Assembly (NCBI GenBank): GCA_051294375.1
Contig: CM119269.1
Location: 14,705,918 to 14,769,917, forward strand
Source of the DNA: Paraspadella gotoi
Lineage: Eukaryota > Animalia > Chaetognatha
Direction of reading: 5' to 3'
DNA length: 64,000 bases
Made by a program: the position numbers and the translations under genes
In this document: in pieces, positions 60,234 to 64,000 of the stretch
How the letters are laid out: each line of letters starts with the position of its first letter
Position numbering within the stretch: the first letter of the stretch is position 1
Notes under the pieces: generated by a model
Seen by the model: the letters and a program-made list of their open reading frames with translations, nothing else
Told to the model about the DNA's origin: nothing
The model's database searches: none

Positions 60234-61817
60234 TCACAACTCGAAAATGACGTCCTCTTCGTCGGGATTAGCCAGTACCGTCGTCTGGCGTCTTGCACCT
60301 TCTTTCCGTCGAGCGCCCCCTTTTATCACGAGCTCAGGAGAAACGGAGCCTTCGGGCCGCAACCTGTGATGCCCAAACGAGTTCCGACCGTGGGGAAAGT
60401 AATGGAAGGATGACCCAGCTGTGGAAGACCAATGCTTTCTTAACGGTCTAAGCCATTAGTCATTTCGTTAAGTAAAAAATTGAACACAGAACAAAAAATG
60501 ATACCTTGATAAGAAAAGGTTCCATCATCGTCTTCGTCAGCGCGTGCGGCGGCCCCTCCGCTTCCTCCGCCGAATTCCCTTCTCTTCTTTTCGTAGCCTT
60601 TGATGTCTTCTTTCGATTTGAGGATCATCGAGTCAACTTTGTCGAGAATCGACGTCACGCTCTCTTCTTCCTCGTCGAAGACCACGCTACCGTTGTGCCT
60701 GAAAAGATAAGCGAGTGGGTTGGAAGAAATGTTGGGACAAGTTTCGGTAGATATCGCGCGCGTTTTTTTCAAACTTATCTAATAATTAATTTAAAAAAAC
60801 TTATATGTATATAAATAATAAAAGCTTACCTTAGACTAGAAAATCCCGAAAGAGAATTAAGGGATGCTGGTGTGGATATCGAGGGAGGAAGCGCATTTTG
60901 GGGAGATACTTTTCTGTTAAAAAATGGAAGTAAGAAAAGAAGTATGAATATCTCTTTCTCAATTACAACAAATTAATGTCGCACTTAGGTGGAGGTAGCG
61001 AAAGGCCGGGGATGATGGCGTCAAAGCTAGACACGGGGGGAACGCCAGGCCCAATGGAAGGACTCTCAGATCCCGTATCCTTGGCAGGTTCACTGACCAA
61101 CGGCTCAGATGGGTTGAGGAAGCGAACTAAGGCGTCCTCCGATTGGGAGGCAGTTAATGAATGAGAAGGCGGATCAGGAGCTAAGTGAAAGAAAATGGGA
61201 AACGGGAAAGATGTCGAATTTTTATTAGATTATTGAATAAAAACGCGGTTTTATATACCGTAATAAGCATCACCTGGAATTTTGAGAGTAGTTTTAAGGT
61301 GAATAGAATCGTTTGTATATAGGTTGTTTACTCTTTTGATTACTTCTGGCGTAACGCCATATCGTAGCGCTAACCCCTGGATAGTGTCCTTGGCCGATAA
61401 CTGAATTTAAAAAAAATTACATAATCTTCCTAATATAAAAGCTTGCAGGGACCTGCTATGTCATTATCTTGTAAGAGTGATGGAGGCCTTAAACCACCAA
61501 AGCCTGTCCAAAGTCAGGGGCAAGATAGCTTATTTATTAAATGAATGGATAATTTTTATATTGGTTGTACAAATTTCATAAATCAAATTTAAAATAAATT
61601 TCAATACCTGATGCGTTATGAAAGACTGGGGCTGGAGCAAATGTGGCGCCGCAACGGGCTTTTTGTTGATGGAACCATATTTTTTTCCGCGTCCTAAGAA
61701 CAACATGATTAAAAGAGAAAGAACCGAAGAAAATAATTATCGGAAAATATGCTCACGACCTTTGTACGAGTTGACAAAACCTGTCTTCTCCTTTGAAAGG
61801 GAAACGCGCTCGTCCAT
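60234..61817 (-). CDS. LYSMD2: LysM domain-containing protein, LYSMD1/2-like, ~7 exons
   Basis: KKYGS motif, LysM domain HQLSAKDTIQGLALRYGVTPEVIKRVNNLYTNDSIHLKTTLKIP, helix SVTSILDKVDSMILKSK, acidic C-terminus DEEDVIFEL-stop. No TM segment, unlike LYSMD3/4. Confidence 0.85.
61454..61584 (+). mobile_element. Most complete copy of a ~130-bp dispersed repeat carrying the twister-like motif plus an AT-rich tail; lies in a LYSMD intron, antisense to the host
   Basis: Shares CCTGTCCAAAGTCAGGGGCAAGATAGCTTATTTA...ATTGGTTGTAC(C/A)AATTTCATA, wholly or in part, with six other loci in the window. Confidence 0.8.
61465..61527 (+). ncRNA. Twister-ribozyme-like motif, circularly permuted (P5-open) form
   Basis: Outer stem TATCTTG/CAAGATA. 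GA followed by TGGA, which can pair with TCCA in the loop of hairpin CCTG-TCCAAAGT-CAGG. TAA at 61490-61492. AC at 61496 can pair with the loop GT. P2 is weak (ACC/AGT) and P1 is reduced to GGCCT. Confidence 0.55.
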
Positions 61818-62521
61818 GACGGCCCTCTGTTCATTGCCCTTGAGGCGGTGTGAAAATACCGCCACACTCTCAAATCTATATTTTTCTCACATACAGGTTT
61901 TTGCAAGTGTTGCTTGTTTTAACATCGTTGAGAAACTTTCTCAACATATGCACTAAAAAAAAAAAAAAAAAAAACAATTGCAATTCTGCAAGAATTGAGT
62001 TTCCTACTACGTCACCCAACAAAGCATGCTCATGAAAAAATACGTTTCTCTCAAAAGATACGTTAACAACATGGTCTTAAAAACGGAATGGACTTACGAT
62101 TGCTCAAAAATATTTTATTTCAAGGATTTTCCGTCAAAATCGTAATTGAAAATGACGTAAACACCGTTTACTCATACGACTAGAAATACTTATTTTTGTC
62201 TTGTTCAGTCATAATAAATGGGTTATCAGCAGAATAGGTAGGAAGTCACAATAATTAATTTTGATATGAGGTCATTTAATGTCTATTCCGAATAATTCAC
62301 TTTTCTTGTCGATTAATAAAAATAATTATGAAGTAAAAAAAAGTGCTTTTAACAATTATCTTTTAAGGCAAAATAATGTGAACTCGTCAGTCAAAATCGG
62401 AATATATACCAGTTCATGGAATGTCTGGAGCGATAAAATATCATAACCAGGACTAGACAAAAATACCCCAGGAGACTAGTGTCTGTATTTTGACCGCAAA
62501 ATAAAAATAGAAATTAAGGCA

Positions 62522-63936
62522 TCAATTGTTCGTGACTGTGTCTCGATCGACGGACGAGAAGAGCGGAAGGAGAGGATCCATGGGGGAAATGAGCGACGCC
62601 GTCGTAAGCGCCGGCGTCGAAATGGAAGAGGATGGAACGAGGGAAGGTGCCGAAGACGACGCCGCGAAAGTAAGATTTGGAACCGCAAGAGGAACGACGG
62701 GAGCCTCCGACGACCGACGCGGCGGCGCTGCAGCCGGAAAAGACGAAGACGAGGAACGAGAGGCGGCGCGCATCTGATCGGCAGCCATCGCTTCGGCCGG
62801 AAGCGGCACCACCGGCGTCCGGACGGATTCATCTTGAAGGAACTTGACGAACATCTCGGAGAAAGAACCGTCCATGGTCGGGGGCGTGGGCTGCGAAGTC
62901 GCGGTAGCCGCACCGACTATTCCGCCGAACTTTGAAGCCAGGCCGCCCATGAGGCCTGGACCGTCGACGACGCGGGCGGCCAGTTCCGTTTCCTCCGGAG
63001 AAAATTCCAAAACGGCGGCCAGAGGCGGGAGTACTTCTCTTTGGCGAACCCGGGGAGAACGGAGGAAGCCAAGGAAGAGGCTCTTCATCAGCATCTTGTC
63101 CACTTTGGCGTCCATTGATGCTTTGGATTCTCCTGTAAAAGGTTGAATTCGAATATTAAGAGTCAGTGGCCACGGCTTTTGTTTGGCATAACCCCCAAAA
63201 CAACATAAACTTCGCTACCGAGCGCATGAACGGTGGTCCGAAGTTGCCGATCTCTCTCCTCGAGGGTCGCCCTTAGTTCCGCCACGAGTCTCTCCTTCCG
63301 ATCGATTTGGTCGCCCAGACGGGCGGCCGCTTTGACGGCCGCTTCCAGCTCGGTGGTCTTTCGTCGCGCCGCCGCCAATTCCCGCCTGGAAGCATCTAAC
63401 TCGCTTTCCTTCTCCTCGAGACGAGATCGTGATTCCGCAGCCTTGGCCGCCACTGCCGCCTCCTTCTCGCGCTGAAACTGCTCTAGCACCATTTGCAGGT
63501 TGGCCACGGCGCGGGCGTACTGTTGGACGTTGGTCGTCATGGCAACGACTTCGGCGCGGGCGTCGTCGCGATCCTTGGCCAGGGCGAGTACTTCCTCGGA
63601 GAGCGCTTTTTCTTTACCCATCGACCGAGTTTCGAGATTGACCAGAGCGTTACTGATGGAAAAACGAAAATTAGATTTTAATTTTAATAACTGCTGCCTC
63701 AATTAAAAGCAAATCTTTCCAAACAACCCACCCAGATCTGTTAGCTCTCTCCAACGCGGCCTCTAGCCTCTCCTCGAGATCGGCCTCGCGCTGTTGCCAA
63801 GCAACTGAGTCGTGTTCGTGCACAGAGTGCAGTCGCAGTAGCTCTTCCTTGAAGCGGTCGTTGTCGCGGTTCAACTTCTCCGCATCAGAGTTGAGTTGAA
63901 CGACTTTGCGGAGGAGCTCTCGTTCAGAAGATTTCG
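62522..63936 (-). CDS. TRIP11: Golgin GMAP-210/TRIP11, 3' exons only (gene continues beyond window)
   Basis: Coiled-coil exons (AVANLQMVLEQFQREK) followed by a GRAB domain (KVDKMLMKSLFLGFL...REVLPPLAAVLEFSPEE) and a GA1-like motif SFSEMFVKFLQDES. Confidence 0.88.
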
Positions 63937-64000
63937 CTGAAGATTTATATTTTAATTGTTTATATCATTAAATTGTTAATTGTTTTCGGTTTTGTTTCTT

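Overview
Animal (bilaterian invertebrate) genomic DNA from a gappy assembly; it is not prokaryotic and has no CRISPR array. Bases 1-42 kb are gene-poor and rich in microsatellites. This part holds the 3' half of a Runt/RUNX transcription factor gene (four phase-1 exons ending in VWRPY; the Runt-domain exons were not found). A spliced antisense gene is nested in one of its introns and encodes a single-pass membrane protein with three PY motifs. Bases 44.5-64 kb are a compact block with short introns: polo/PLK1 (with a CCAAT x3 / CDE-CHR / Myb-type G2/M promoter), ALYREF, a GAB/DOS adaptor, GTSF1/asterix, LYSMD1/2 and the 3' end of TRIP11/GMAP-210. The most unusual signal is in the repeats. Several families of minimal type-I hammerhead ribozyme motifs sit in inverted, Penelope-like palindromes. 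A separate ~130-bp dispersed family (7 copies) has a best copy that folds as a circularly permuted (P5-type) twister-ribozyme-like double pseudoknot. Some stretches look like noisy long-read gap fill. All calls were made by eye and no searches were run.
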